64,000 nucleotides of DNA, taken from assembly GCA_950097015.1 (NCBI GenBank), contig CATNEN010000001.1:3224001-3288000 (forward strand). Reading direction: 5' to 3'. How positions within the stretch are numbered: the stretch's first letter is position 1; every line of letters begins with the position of its first letter. The notes beneath the pieces were generated by a model that saw only the letters and a program-made list of their open reading frames with translations, was not told where the DNA came from and made no database searches. Positions 45,883-59,415 of this stretch are shown one piece after another. The position numbers were made by a program, and so were the translations under genes. The stretch is from Macrostomum hystrix (taxonomy: Eukaryota > Animalia > Platyhelminthes).

Positions 45883-46164
45883 CATATTACCCTCCATAGA
45901 TTACAGATCCCTCATATTACCCACCATAGATTACTGATCCCTCATATTACCCTCCATTGATTACAGATCCCTCGTATTACCCTCCATAGATTACTGATCC
46001 CTCATATTACCTTTCATTGATTACAAATCCCTCATATTACCCTCCACCAAAGATTACAGATCCCTCATATTACCCTCTATAGATTACAGATGCATCATAT
46101 TACCCTCTAAAGATTACAGATCCCTCATATTACCCTCCATAGATTACAGACCCATCGTATTACC
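45883..46164. repeat. 30-bp repeat (CATATTACCCTCCATAGATTACAGATCCCT)
   Basis: About 9 copies. Confidence 0.9.
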
Positions 46165-46585
46165 TGAATGCTTGTAATTATCGTCCATTTGTGTGTATTT
46201 TGGTTTTACTATTTTTGCATGAATTTTACCTTTCGACTTTTTGTTTTCTACACATTTTTACATTGTAACAGCATTCTTCATTGAACTCAATTCCCTGTTC
46301 GAGTTTTACTAAAAAAGGAAAAATCTGAATATTTTTTTACCATTTTCATATCGTTTCCATTTCTGCATTGAGTTTATTAAAAAATATTTTTTTATACTTT
46401 ATTCTCGCATTGTCCCATTCATTCCGTGCAACTTTTTTCTAAATTTCTCTATTTGGAGTTTGATTCAATATTCAAAATGTCCCCTCGCTGAAGACTGTAT
46501 TTATTAAAGTTTGTGCCCCAATTCCTTCCTAATCGTGTAATAAGAATTAAATATATATTATTTTTCAAGCCCTGAATTCACACAT

Positions 46586-48540
46586 GTCACCTGTCATTTA
46601 CCTGTCACTGACACTCTAGTCCCATTCACCTGTCACTGACACTTCAGTCCCATTCACCTGTCACTGACACTTCAGTCCCATTCACCTGTCACTGACACTT
46701 TAGTCCCATTCACCTGCCATTCACTGACACTCTAGTCCCATTCACCTGTCACTGACACTTCAGTCCCATTCACCTGCCATTCACTGACACTTCAGTCCCA
46801 TTCACCTGCCATTCACTGACACTTCAGTCCCATTCACCTGCCATTCACTGACACTTCAGTCCCATTCACCTGTCACTGACACTCTAGTCCCATTCACCTG
46901 TCACTGACACTTCAGTCCCATTCACCTGTCACTGACACTATAGTCCCATTCACCTGTCACTGACACTTCAGTCCCATTCACCTGCCATTCACTGACACTT
47001 CAGTCCCATTCACCTGCCATTCACTGACACTTCAGTCCCATTCACCTGTCACTGACACTATAGTCCCATTCACCTGCCATTCACAGACACTTCAGTCCCA
47101 TTCACCTGTCACTGACACTTCAGTCCCATTCACCTGTCACTGACACTTCAGTCCCATTCACCTGTCACTGACACTTCAGTCCCATTCACCTGCCATTCAC
47201 TGACACTTCAGTCCCATTCAGCTGCCATTCACTGACACTTCAGTCCCATTCACCTGCCATTCACTGACACTTCAGTCCCATTCAGCTGCCATTCACTGAC
47301 ACTTCAGTCCCATTCACCTGTCATTCACTGACACTTCAGTCCCATTCACCTGTCACTGACACTTCAGTCCCATTCACCTGTCATTCACTGACACTTCAGT
47401 CCCATTCACCTGTCACTGACACTTCAGTCCCATTCACCTGTCACTGACACTTCAGTCCCATTCACCTGTCACTGACACTTCAGTCCCATTCAGCTGTCAC
47501 TGACACTTCAGTCCCATTCACCTGCCATTCACTGACACTTCAGTCCCATTCACCTGTCACTGACACTTCAGTCCCATTCACCTGCCATTCACTGACATTT
47601 CAGTCCCATTCACCTGCCATTCACTGACACTTCAGTCCCATTCACCTGTCACTGACACTTCAGTCCTATTCACCTGCCATTCACTGACACTTCAGTCCCA
47701 TTCACCTGTCACTGACACTTCAGTCCCATTCACCTGTCACTGACACTTCAGTCCCATTCACCTGTCACTGACACTTCAGTCCCATTCACCTGTCACTGAC
47801 ACTTCAGTCCCATTCACCTGTCACTGACACTTCAGTCCCATTCACCTGTCACTGACACTTCAGTCCCATTCACCTGTCACTGACACTTCAGTCCCATTCA
47901 CCTGTCACTGACACTTCAGTCCCATTCACCTGCCATTCACTGACACTTCAGTCCTATTCACCTGTCACTGACACTTCAGTCCTATTCACCTGCCATTCAC
48001 TGACACTTCAGTCCCATTCATCTGTCACTGACACTTCAGTCCTATTCACCTGCCATTCACTGACACTTCAGTCCCATTCACCTGTCACTGACACTTCAGT
48101 CCCATTCACCTGTCACTGACACTTCAGTCCCATTCACCTGTCACTGACACTTCAGTCCTATTCAACTGCCATTCACTGACACTTCAGTCCCATTCACCTG
48201 TCACTGACACTTCAGTCCCATTCACCTGTCACTGACACTTCAGTCCCATTCACCTGTCACTGACACTTCAGTCCCATTCACCTCCCATTCACTGACACTT
48301 CAGTCCCATTCACCTGCCATTCACTGACACTTCAGTCCCATTCACCTGCCATTCACTGACACTTCAGTCCCATTCACCTGTCACTGACACTATAGTCCCA
48401 TTCACCTGCCATTCACAGACACTTCAGTCCCATTCACCTGTCACTGACACTTCAGTCCCATTCACCTGCCATTCACTGACACTTCAGTCCCATTCACCTG
48501 CCATTCACTGACACCTCAGTCCCATTCACCTGTCACTGAC
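46586..48540. repeat. 28/32-bp two-variant minisatellite (CACCTG[CCAT]TCACTGACACTTCAGTCCCATT)
   Basis: About 65 copies ending ~40 nt before the acceptor-like TTTTCAG upstream of the MINDY ATG. Confidence 0.97.
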
Positions 48541-48618
48541 GCGTATTTTTAATATTCTTAACCAAATTTAAAATACTTTTCAGCTTTTCAAAATAACTAC
48601 AAAGCTTGAATATTTATA

Positions 48619-51595
48619 ATGAGCAACCAACCTGAGAACAGTAATCAACAGCAGCTGGGTGAGAATGAGAATAATCAGCAGAGTCAAGAGGATGGCGCCG
48701 ATCATCAGGTTTCGGCCCCGGAGGTCCCTTCTAAGTCGTCAGAGATCAACACTGATGCGGTTGTTGTAAAGCAAGTGTTTTTCGTTATGCCCTGAACTTT
48801 TTCTTTACCACTAACAACAAAACAGCATGGCCAGAGAGACATTACCAGTGCTGAAAACTCATGTATCATATTTATTTTTTTAACAACGCAAACTACATAA
48901 GTAAGATGTCCTTAGCAACGCTTCTTCTTCAAAATTGTTTGTCTTAGCAACGCTAACTCCATCAAAATATTCGCCTTAGCAACGCTAACCACATCAAAAT
49001 ATTCGCCTTAGTAACGCTAAACATATCAAAACATTGTCTTTGCAACTTCGACTCCAAAATATTTATCTTAGCAACGCTAACTACATCAAAATATTCGCCT
49101 TAGCAACGCTAACCACATCAAAATATTCGCCTTAGCAACGCTAACTACATTACTAATATATCTTTATAATGTTAACAATCGACAGGGATGACAGTAAAAG
49201 TACAGACACCGGTAGCGGTACAACTAGCAGTGCGGACGTCAGCAACACGTCCTCGGACATCTATCACGTGAAGTGGATCAGGCGCGGTGATAGGCAGCAT
49301 CCAGTGGTGACACAGAATGTCAATGGACCCTGTCCTCTATTAGCCATTGCTAATACCCTGCTGCTGCGCGGGACTATTGAGTTGCCATCCGGGTGCGCCT
49401 ATGTCACTTCTCACGATCTGATGCAACGATTAGGCAACGCTTTGATGTCAGCGGTTGCTAGGCAAAACCAACGGCAACAGCTAAATGAGCCATCAAATTC
49501 TTCTTCTTCTGATCCGGTTCAATCCAATTTGGAACAGTTGGTTGGTGATTCGCTGTCACTGTTTCCGAAACTGCAAACTGGATTGGATATCAATGTTCGA
49601 TTCTCCGGGTTAGTGAGGCTTGGCTGCGTTGTTGGGCAACTGTGCCTTGATAGATCCGGTAGATATGAGAGATGGAGAGACTCGAGAATAAAGAGACAGG
49701 TAGATATGGGAGATAAAAATACAGGTAGATTGGGTAAGATAGACAGGTAGACTGGGTAAGATAGACAGGTAGATTGGGTAAGATAGACAGGTAGATTGGG
49801 TAAGATAGACAGGTAGACTGGGTAAGATAGACAGGTAGATTGGGTAAGATAGACGGGTAGATTGGGTAAGATAGACAGGTAGATTGTGTAAGATAGACAG
49901 GTAGATTGGGTAAGATAGACAGTTTGATTTCAAAAAGCCCACTCTAATTGTTTTCAGCTACTCAAAGTTTGAGTACACGCCCGAGCTGGACATATTCGAT
50001 CGATTCGACATCGACTTGGTGCACGGCTGGGTGCTAGATCCGCAACAATCGGATGTGTCGGATTTCATTGGCTCTTTAACCTACAATCAGTTGGTTGAAA
50101 AGATTATAACAGCCAAATCCGACTGCAATCACGATCTGGCTCCGCAGGGTACGGATGGGAGTCTATTGTTTGCCCTATAGAAACGATTAAAAATACTAAG
50201 CCTTAAAATGTAATTTACAGCCATTGCTGCCGAGGAATTCCTAGCCAGCACCTGTAATCAGCTGACTGTCTGCGGACTCATGCAACTGGCCGAGTCCTTG
50301 AATGAGGGCGCACTCTGTGTACTGTTTAGAAATAATCATTTTTCAACGTTAACTAAACAGAAGGTAAGTTGGTTGATTGAAGGCGTCCTTTATTTTTAAT
50401 CAACTTTTTCATTGTGACGTAATATGTTTTTTGGTTTTGCGTGACGTCATTTTCTATTTATAGATTGTAAACATAAAACTGAAATGATACCTATTCTAAT
50501 CGCAAGTCGAACTTTTGACCTCCACTTAATAAGTTCAAAATGTAACTTCAGGCTACCATTATAAAATAATCTCGCTTTAACTTGTTATGTTTTGTTTCTA
50601 TCGAATAGTTAATTGATGACATGATGTTTCTATTTATAGAACTATTTCTTCATGACGTCATGTTTCTATTTATAGAAATATTTCTTTGTGACGTCATGTT
50701 TCTATTTATACTTCAGTCTAAAAATCTAATCATGTTTATGACGTCATCTCGCTTCACTAAAATCTCAGCTCATCATGATTATGTATACAAAAATATCTGA
50801 TGCACTCCGCAGGGCAAACTCTATCTCCTAGTAACTGACCAGGGCTTTCTTCACCAACCCGACGTTGTCTGGGAGACCCTAGACAACATCGACAATGACA
50901 GCAGCTTTGTTGGGGCCGATTTTCACCCGTCAGAAATTGAAGCAACCGCTGGCTACCCGGATCAGTCGCCGACTGACGCGGCCGCCGGACAAGTTGAGCG
51001 AGACAGACAACTGGCGATTGCTTTGCAGAACCAGACTTGTGAGTGACATGTTGGTTTACTCATGTTGCTTCTTGTCTTCTCACTTTACCTCTCACTCCCT
51101 CTCACTCTACTTCTCACTCCACATCTCACTCTCCCTCTCCTCTCACTCTTACTCTACATCTCATTCTCACTCTACCTCTGACTCTCACTCTACCTCTCAC
51201 TCTTACTCTACCTCTGACTCTCACTCTACCTCTTACTCTCACTCTACCTCTCACTCTCCTCACTCTACCTCTGACTCTCACTCTACCTCTCAATATCTCA
51301 CTCTACAACTTACTCTCTCTACCTCTCATTCTCCTCACTCTACCTCTCAGTCTGGGTTTAAATCTCTCTCTTACATACCCTGCCACTCTCCTTCTCACCC
51401 CAGTGTTGATCTAATCCCTCCTATCTCATGTCTCATACATTCCCAAGGACTAACTCAGCCTCCTCTTAACTTATTAATTTAGCGGGCGGCGGCGGCGGCG
51501 GCGGAGGCGCTAGCGGCGTTCATCCTTCGACGCAGACAGACGAAGAGCTGGCCCTTCAGCTGCAGCGCGAAGAGGAGCAACTATTTCAACGACAG

Positions 51596-51635
<40 letters not shown>

Positions 51636-51691
51636 GTCAGCAGCAGTACCCGCAACCGTCTGGCCAGCAAAATCAGCGTCAAGAAGTTTCT

Positions 51692-51722
<31 letters not shown>

Positions 51723-51781
51723 CTTTTAGAAATCATTTGCCCCAGAATAATAACCAACGGTCAAACTGTACTTGTCTCTGA
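48619..51781 (+). CDS. MINDY1: MINDY-1/2 (FAM63) K48 deubiquitinase, 6 exons, ~477 aa
   Basis: Exons 48619-48770 (GC donor, tentative), 49186-49608, 49958-50148, 50221-50363, 50813-51038, 51483-51781 (1434 nt). Catalytic Cys motif QNVNGPCPLLAIAN, plus LVHGWVLDP, His motif FRNNHFST, LYLLVTDQGF and VVWETL. It has two MIU-like helices (DRQLAIALQ, DEELALQLQREE), polyQ and a C-terminal CaaX-like CTCL. Probably co-orthologous to MINDY1 and MINDY2. Confidence 0.92.
48910..49150. repeat. 32-bp repeat in MINDY intron 1 (CTTAGCAACGCTAACCACATCAAAATATTCGC)
   Basis: About 8 copies. Confidence 0.85.
49693..49922. repeat. 22-bp repeat in MINDY intron 2 (AGGTAGATTGGGTAAGATAGAC)
   Basis: About 10 copies. 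Confidence 0.9.
51078..51350. repeat. Low-complexity (CTCACT/CTACCT)n repeat in MINDY intron 5
   Basis: Degenerate 6/12/18-bp periodicity. Confidence 0.8.
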
Positions 51782-52461
51782 TATGACTCATATTTTGCAT
51801 AACTCCAAAATCGTACCTATTATTCTATGCCTGGCTACTGTTTAAATTTTCGACATTTTCTCGTCTTTTTCTCGCACATCCTACTTGTAAGTAGTGCTGT
51901 TTGAATGCGCTCATTTGTTTTACAAAGACAGGCCTGTTGAATTCTTCACATAGTTTCATATTCTTTAATTCATAGACACAAAAGTTGTTGTTCACACTTG
52001 TTTGTAATGCTTATATTTTTGGTAATTTCTATACAGACGGCTAAAGCAAAAAATTGGCCTAATCTCCTTATCATATTCAGTTTATAAATAGTTTCGTGTG
52101 GATTCAATTATCTGTGCTATAAATTACGCGTGTCAATTTTATTTCTTATAATGATAAATTGTAAAAATGGTGACTATCTTTGAGCTCTATTCAATTAAAA
52201 AAACGGTACAAAATGATCTATTTTAATTTCTGTTAATAGTTACCGAGCCAAACAATCTATCATATTTTGTACATTCTGAAAATTTCATCCTTTTTTAATC
52301 TACCCAATAACTAATCTCTGTTTCACGCTTAAATAATGATTTTCCAGAGAGAAATAAATTGTACACTGGCCCTTATTCCGGTATGTTACAAAAATTACTA
52401 ATGCTTCTAATAAATTCAGCATTGTAAGACATTATCCAGTTTGTTTGAGAATGAGAAATGA

Positions 52462-53775
52462 GAATGAGAAACAGACACACCAGATGAGAAACAGACTGAC
52501 CAGATAAGAAACAGACAGAACCAGATGAGAAACAGACTGACCAGATAAGAAACAGACTGACCAAATGAGAAACAGACAGACCAGATGAGAAACAGACTGA
52601 CCAGATGAGAAACAGACACACCAGATGAGAAACAGACACCAGATGAGAAACAGACTGACCAAATGAGAAACAGACACCAGATGAGAAACAGACTGACCAA
52701 ATGAGAAACAGACACTCCAGATGAGAGACAGACTGACCAGATGAGAAACAGACTGACCAGATGAGAAACAGACTGACCAGATGAGAAACAGACACTCCAG
52801 ATGAGAAACAGACACTCCAGATGAGAAACAGACACACCAGATGAGAAACAGACACTCCAGATGAGAAACAGACTGACCAGATGAGAAACAGACTGACCAG
52901 ATGAGAAACAGACACTCCAGATGAGAAACAGACACTCCAGATGAGAAACAGACTGACCAGATGAGAAACAGACACACCAGATGAGAAACAGACACTCCAG
53001 ATGAGAAACAGACACTCCAGATGAGAAACAGACACTCCAGATGAGAAACAGACACTCCAGATGAGAAACAGACACTCCAGATGAGAAACAGACACTCCAG
53101 ATGAGAAACAGACACTCCAGATGAGAAACAGACACTCCAGATGAGAAACAGACACACCAGATGAGAAACAGACACTCCAGATGAGAAACAGACTGACCAG
53201 ATGAGAAACAGACACTCCAGATGAGAAACAGACTGACCAGATGAGAAACAGACACTCCAGATGAGAAACAGACACTCCAGATGAGAAACAGACACTCCAG
53301 ATGAGAAACAGACACACCAGATGAGAAACAGACACTCCAGATGAGAAACAGACACTCCAGATGAGAAACAGACACACCAGATGAGAAACAGACACTCCAG
53401 ATGAGAAACAGACACACCAGATGAGAAACAGACTGACCAAATGAGAAACAGACACTCCAGATGAGAAACAGACACTCCAGATGAGAAACAGACACTCCAG
53501 ATGAGAAACAGACACTCCAGATGAGAAACAGACACACCAGATGAGAAACAGACTGACCAAATGAGAAACAGACACACCAGATGAGAAACAGACACTCCAG
53601 ATGAGAAACAGACACTCCAGATGAGAAACAGACACTCCAGATGAGAAACAGACACTCCAGATGAGAAACAGACACACCAGATGAGAAACAGACACTCCAG
53701 ATGAGAAACAGACACTCCAGATGAGAAACAGACACTCCAGATGAGAAACAGACACTCCAGATGAGAAACAGACAA
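52462..53775. repeat. 20-bp minisatellite (CCAGATGAGAAACAGACACT)
   Basis: About 65 copies. Confidence 0.97.
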
Positions 53776-54199
53776 TTGAATGACGGAGATGTCATTTGAA
53801 AATAGGTAAAATGCCAAAATTCTGTCTCACTAACCTGAGATCTGATAAACGGACGTGTTGAAATTCTAAGGAAAACATTTCTAAGGGGCAACAGACAGCT
53901 TGATCAGTTAAGCGCAAAAAGCATATTCTTTTGGTTGCATTTATTTTCCGAATATGTCTGCTAAAAGTACAAACCGTTGCTTTTTGACTTCTTAAAAAAT
54001 GGCGCAAAGGTAGCTAACACAGCGTGCAACCCGATCCTATCTTGACATAATAACCGAAGGCAGGCACTGCTTTGTATCCAACTGACATCTTGATAAACAA
54101 TGCCAAGTCATTTGGATAGCAGAATTTTCGAATGTACAAAAGTGCAAGAGGAATTGAAACAAACACTGGATATGAAGAAATAAAAGTTGGATTTGAAAA

Positions 54200-54808
54200 A
54201 AACTGACATTCGATCTGGATAAACAGGCATTAGATCTGGATAAACAGACATTGGACCTGGATAAACAGACATTAGACCTGGATAAACAGACATAAGACCT
54301 GGATAAACAGACATAAGACCTGGATAAACAGACATTTATCTGGATTAACAGACATTGGATCTGGATAAACAGACATTGGATCTGGATAAACAGGCATTAG
54401 ATCTGGATAAACAGACATTTATCTGAATTAACAGACATTAGATCTGAATAAACAGACATTCATCTGGATAAACTGACATCTATCTGGATAAACTGACATT
54501 GGATATGGCTAAACAGAGATTGGATCTGGATAAACAGACATTTATCTGGATAAACAGGCATTGGATCTGAATAAACAGACATTTATCTGAATAAACTGAC
54601 ATTGGATCTGGATAAACAGACATTTATCTGTACAAACTGACATTTATCTGGATAAACAGTCATTGGATCTGGATAAACTGACATTTATCTGGATAAACAG
54701 ACATTTATCTGGATTAACTGACATTTATCTAGATAAACAGACATTGGATCTGGATAAACTGACATTTATCTAGATAAACAGACATTGGATCTGGATAAAC
54801 AGACATTG
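54200..54808. repeat. 20/21-bp minisatellite (ATCTGGATAAACAGACATTGG)
   Basis: About 29 copies. Confidence 0.93.
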
Positions 54809-55451
54809 GGGTTTGAGAAACAGACAATTCGTAGAAATTTTCGCTTTGAAATCAAACTATTTGTAACTGCAGTTGGATCTAGTAAGTTACGAGTAGAATA
54901 TTCTCGTTTATTACAGAAGGCACAAAGGTGAAACCACGTGACTGCCAAAGTAGAAACGAAGTCAATTAGGCTTGCCAATAGCTAATTTACGAACCGAAAA
55001 TGCGAAATCGACACGATTCCATACAGTTTGGGAAATAAAGTTTCGACATTTTCAAACTTGCCTCGGGCGCCTGACTGCACTTTTTCTTATTCTATGCGCC
55101 AACGCATAGATTCTGAATATTAAAAAATGTAACAAAATCCACTTACCTTTTGAAGAAGAAACGTGGGAAAGTAGATTGATAGCTGGTAGGTAGAGTCTAG
55201 ACTAATTAGGCGAATTCTTTAACCAAAGGGAATGCGCTTCCCTAAACCTTGTTTAGATAAATAAGCTAAGAATAAGTGGCACTTCCGGTCCACTTTGTAG
55301 AGGTAGCCAACTCTCTCACCTGTGTCCCGGCGAGCTAATGGGGTCTTCACAGAACATTCCTAATTAGGAAATTCTTTTGGCGGATGAAAACACTAATATT
55401 TTCTTTTGTATTCACTGATTGCAGTTTAGCAGTGAATCGGACGAAATAGTA

Positions 55452-56240
55452 GGAACCGTAGCTAGAATCGCAAAAGGAATCGTAGCAAGAATCGTAGCTA
55501 GAATCGTAGCTAGAGCCGATAGCCAGAATCGTAGCTAGAATCGCAGCTGGAACCGTAGCTAGAATCGCAGCAGGAATCGTAGCTAGAATCGCAGCAGGAA
55601 TCGTAGCTAGAATCGCAGATGGAACCGTAGCTAGAATCTCAGCAGATACCGTAGCTAGAATCGCAGCAGGAATCGTAGCTAGAATCGCAGCAGGAATCGT
55701 AGCTAGAATCGCAGCAGGAATCGTAGCTAGAATCGCAGCTGGAACCGTAGCTAGAATCGCAACAGGAATCGTAGCCAGAATCGCAGCTGGAACCGTAGCT
55801 AGAATCGCAGCAGATACCGTAGCTAGAATCGCAGCAGATACCGTAGCTAGAATCGCAGCAGATACCGTAGCTAGAATCGCAGCAGATACCGTAGCTAGAA
55901 TCGCAGCAGATACCGTAGCTAGAATCGCAGCAGATACCGTAGCTAGAATCGCAGCAGATACCGTAGCTAGAATCGCAGCAGATACCGTAGCTAGAATCGC
56001 AGCAGGAATCGTAGCTAGAATCGCAGCAGGAATCGCAGCAGGAATCGTAGCTAGAATCGCAGCAGGAATCGCAGCAGGAATCGCAGCAGGAATCGTAGCT
56101 AGAATCGCAGCAGGAATTGTAGCTAGAATCGCAGCAGGAATCGTAGCTAGAATCGCAGCAGGAATCGTAGCTAGAATCGCAGCAGGAATCGTAGCTAGAA
56201 TCGCAGCTGGAATCGTAGCAAGAATCGCAGCAGGAATCGA
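55452..56240. repeat. 12/24-bp minisatellite (GAATCGTAGCTAGAATCGCAGCAG)
   Basis: Tandem periodicity. It is the source of the CCDSSYDS pseudo-ORF. Confidence 0.93.
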
Positions 56241-56974
56241 GAATCGAAGCTAGAACAGCTGCAATAAATACGGTTGCATTCATGTAAGTATCCGTAGTTT
56301 CAATGAAAAAATTCTCGAAAACATTCCCAATTTTCTTTTTTCCTTTAGTTCGCTCAGAAAACGATACACACCTATATTGAAGTAGGTTTCTCGCAGCGTT
56401 TCTACACCGACTCCCATTTCAAGTATGAAATTCGATTTTAATTTTTATCAGCCTAGTTTTAATTTTTTCGGGAGAAAATACTTCTGTATCCGCAACTCTA
56501 ACTGACGAATTAGCCTTGGGCTGTAAGACCTGTCGGGTTCATTGGATTACAGTGGCTTAAAGACATGAACCTACTTTACTATAGCAATTGTGTAGTCTCG
56601 CTATCAATTTTTTCAATCCAAAATATGATTGACAGCCCTACCTACAGTGCCTATTAACGCGCTGTTACTTAATTGGCTACAAATCTACGAGTACTAAATA
56701 ATCCATTAATTTGTCATCTGCCCATTATCCCTGAGCCCACTCGGTAGAATTGTCAACAGTAATGTGACTAATCTATGGGCTGCCATTGTAGCTAGCTCAA
56801 TAGCAGCTGATGGGACTTATATCCATATTTGTTGGCCTATCCCAGTCAGTCACAAATGAGACAAGATAATCATTAAACCAAAATCCATTACCAGCCAACT
56901 GTTCAACAAAAACTTTATTTACTGTTTTTTTAACTTCATTTTTTAAACCAATAATCACCTTACTAGCTACGCCT

Positions 56975-59415
56975 TTATCCTCTAGACCTCTATCCGTTAT
57001 CCTCTAGACTACTATCCGTTATCCTCTAGACCTCTATCCTCTAGACCTCTATCCTCTAGACCTCTATCCTCTAGACCTCTATCCTCTAGACCTCTATCCT
57101 CTATCCTCTAGACCTCTATCCGTTATCCTCTAGACCTCAATCCTTTATCCTCTAGACCTCTATCCTCTATCCTCTAGACCTCAATCCTTTATCCTCTAGC
57201 CCTCTATCCGTTATCCTCTAGACCTCAATCCTTTATCCTCTAGACCTCTATCCGTTATCCTCCAGACCTCTATCCTTTATCCTCTAGACCTCTATCCGTT
57301 ATCCTCTAGACCTAAATCCTTTATCCTCTATGCCTCTATCATTTATCCTTTATACCACTATACTACTATCAATTATCAGTCAACTCTCTATCCCATTATC
57401 AGTCAAGTCTCTATCCCATTATCAGTCAACTCTCTAACCCATTATCAGTCAAGTCTCTATCCCATTATCAGTCAAGTCTCTATCCCATTATCAGTCAACT
57501 CTCTAACCCATTATCAGTCAAGTCTCTATCCCATTATCAGTCAAGTCTCTATCCCATTATCAGTCAACTCTCTATCCCATTATCAGTCAACTCTCTAACC
57601 CATTATCAGTCAAGTCTCTATCCCATTATCAGTCAAGTCTCTATCCCATTATCAGTCAACTCTCTAACCCATTATCAGTCAACTCTCTAACCCATTATCA
57701 GTCAAGTCTCTATCCCATTATCAGTCAAGTCTCTATCCCATTATCAGTCAACTCTCTAACCCATTATCAGTCAAGTCTCTATCCCATTATCAGTCAAGTC
57801 TCTATCCCATTATCAGTCAACTCTCTATCCCATTATCAGTCAACTCTCTAACCCATTATCAGTCAAGTCTCTATCCCATTATCAGTCAAGTCTCTATCCC
57901 ATTATCAGTCAACTCTCTATCCCATTATCAGTCAACTCTCTAACCCATTATCAGTCAACTCTCTATCCCATTATCAGTCAAGTCTCTATCCCATTATCAG
58001 TCAACTCTCTATCCCATTATCAGTCAAGTCTCTATCCCATTATCAGTCAAGTCTCTATCCCATTATCAGTCAAGTCTCTATCCCATTATCAGTCAAGTCT
58101 CTATCCCATTATCAGTCAACTCTCTATCCCATTATCAGTCAAGTCTCTATCCCATTATCAGTCAACTCTCTATCCCATTATCAGTCAAGTCTCTATCCCA
58201 TTATCAGTCAACTCTCTATCCCATTATCAGTCAAGTCTCTATCCCATTATCAGTCAAGTCTCTATCCCATTATCAGTCAAGTCTCTATCCCATTATCAGT
58301 CAAGTCTCTATCCCATTATCAGTCAAGTCTCTAACCCATTATCAGTCAAGTCTCTATCCCATTATCAGTCAACTCTCTAACCCATTATCAGTCAAGTCTC
58401 TATCCCATTATCAGTCAAGTCTCTATCCCATTATCAGTCAACTCTCTAACCCATTATCAGTCAACTCTCTATCCCATTATCAGTCAAGTCTCTATCCCAT
58501 TATCAGTCAAGTCTCTATCCCATTATCAGTCAAGTCTCTATCCCATTATCAGTCAAGTCTCTATCCCATTATCAGTCAAGTCTCTATCCCATTATCAGTC
58601 AACTCTCTATCCCATTATCAGTCAAGTCTCTATCCCATTATCAGTCAAGTCTCTATCCCGTTATCAGTCAAGTCTCTAACCCATTATCAGTCAAGTCTCT
58701 ATCCCATTATCAGTCAAGTCTCTATCCCATTATCAGTCAAGTCTCTATCCCATTATCAGTCAAGTCTCTAACCCATTATCAGTCAACTCTCTATCCCATT
58801 ATCAGTCAAGTCTCTATCCCATTATCAGTCAAGTCTCTAACCCATTATCAGTCAACTCTCTATCCCATTATCAGTCAACTCTCTATCCCATTATCAGTCA
58901 AGTCTCTATCCCATTATCAGTCAAGTCTCTATCCCATTATCAGTCAACTCTCTATCCCATTATCAGTCAACTCTCTATTTATTATCAGTCAACTCTCTAT
59001 CCCATTATCAGTCAACTCTCTAACCCATTATCAGTCAACTCTCTATTTATTATCAGTCAACTCTCTATTTATTATCAGTCAACTCTCTATTTATTATCAG
59101 TCAACTCTCTATTTATTATCAGTCAACTCTCTATTTATTATCAGTCAACTCTCTATCCCATTATCAGTCAACTCTCTATTTATTATCAGTCAACTCTCTA
59201 TTTATTATCAGTCAACTCTCTATTTATTATCAGTCAACTCTCTATCCCATTATCAGTCAACTCTCTATTTATTATCAGTCAACTCTCTATCCCATTATCA
59301 GTCAACTCTCTATTTATTATCAGTCAACTCTCTATTTATTATCAGTCAACTCTCTATTTATTATCAGTCAACTCTCTATTTATTATCAGTCAACTCTCTA
59401 TTTATTATCAGTCAA
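56975..59415. repeat. Compound array: (TATCCTCTAGACCTC)n at 56975-57355, then 23-bp (ATTATCAGTCAAGTCTCTATCCC)n at 57372-59415
   Basis: Tandem periodicity. A 22-bp CTATTTATTATC variant dominates after ~58975. Confidence 0.95.

Noticed and set aside
52373-53891. Three overlapping ~460-490-aa ORFs
   Set aside because: A stop-free strand of a 20-bp satellite, read in all three frames.
55639-56283. Signal-peptide-like start plus Cys-rich (CCDSSYDS)n ORF
   Set aside because: The array extends beyond the ORF stop and looks like the other satellites. It cannot be fully excluded without RNA data.
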